64,000 bases of DNA from Laetmonice hystrix (lineage: Eukaryota), in NCBI GenBank assembly GCA_965235115.1, contig OZ249452.1, positions 1,984,001-2,048,000 on the forward strand, in the 5' to 3' direction. The notes under the pieces are model-generated. The model did not search any database. It saw nothing but the letters and a program-made list of their open reading frames with translations, and had not been told where the DNA came from. This document shows positions 63,590-64,000 of this stretch, one piece after another; positions within the stretch are counted from its first letter, which is position 1, and each line of letters starts with the position of its first letter. Position numbers and translations under genes: made by a program.

Positions 63590-64000
63590 GTGTCTCCCGG
63601 TCTCCCGGCTTGGTGTCTCCCGGTCTCCCGGTCTCCCAGCCTCCCGGCCTGGTGTCTCCCGGCCTCCCGGCCTGGTGTCTCCCGGCCTCCCGGCCTGGTG
63701 TCTCCCAGCCTCCCGGCCTGGTGTCTCCCGGCCTCCCGGCTTGGTGTCTCCCGGTCTCCCAGCCTCCCGGCCTGAGGTCCACCGGACCACCAGGCCAAGT
63801 CTCCCGGTCTCCCGGCCTCTCGGTCTCCCGGCCTCCCGGCCTGGTGTCTCCCGGTCTCCCGGTCTACCGGCCTCCCGGCCTCCCGGCCTCCCGGCCTCCC
63901 GGCCTCCCGGCCTCCCGGCCTCCCGGCCTCCCGGCCTCCCGGCCTGAGGTCCACCGGACCACCGGGCCCGATCTCCCGGTCTCCCGGCCTGTGGTCCACC
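63590..64000. repeat. GC-rich composite repeat (8-bp CCCGGCCT and 23-bp with CTGGTGT), running to window end
   Basis: CTCCCGGCCTCCCGGCCTGGTGT and (CCCGGCCT)n. Confidence 0.93.

Overview
This is animal genomic DNA, not prokaryotic: a gene-poor regulatory landscape around one developmental transcription factor gene. The only convincing coding sequence is the large coding exon of an Sp6-9 (Sp8/Sp9/D-Sp1 type) zinc-finger gene on the minus strand (35493..34168), with Sp box, Btd box and three C2H2 fingers. It is entered through a phase-0 splice acceptor, so the ORF-track start at 35568 is intronic. A possible 4-codon first exon lies at 39799..39788. The Sp-box variant suggests a protostome, possibly a lophotrochozoan (inference). 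About one third of the window (hand sum about 20 kb) is about 32 mutually unrelated tandem-repeat arrays (units 8-120 bp, 2 to about 45 copies). These produce nearly all the other long ORFs in the track. There is also one degraded MITE-like foldback element, a 188-nt assembly gap and several homeodomain-motif-rich unique segments that may be enhancers. I found no rRNA, tRNA, CRISPR array or intact transposase, and no convincing new protein-based system. The most notable observations are non-coding: a strongly over-represented GTAGGCCTA motif, a minisatellite overlapping the Sp6-9 branch-point window, back-to-back unrelated arrays, a possible shared ACAG(G) core, and higher-order or shuffled repeat structure. 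All counts are by eye and approximate.
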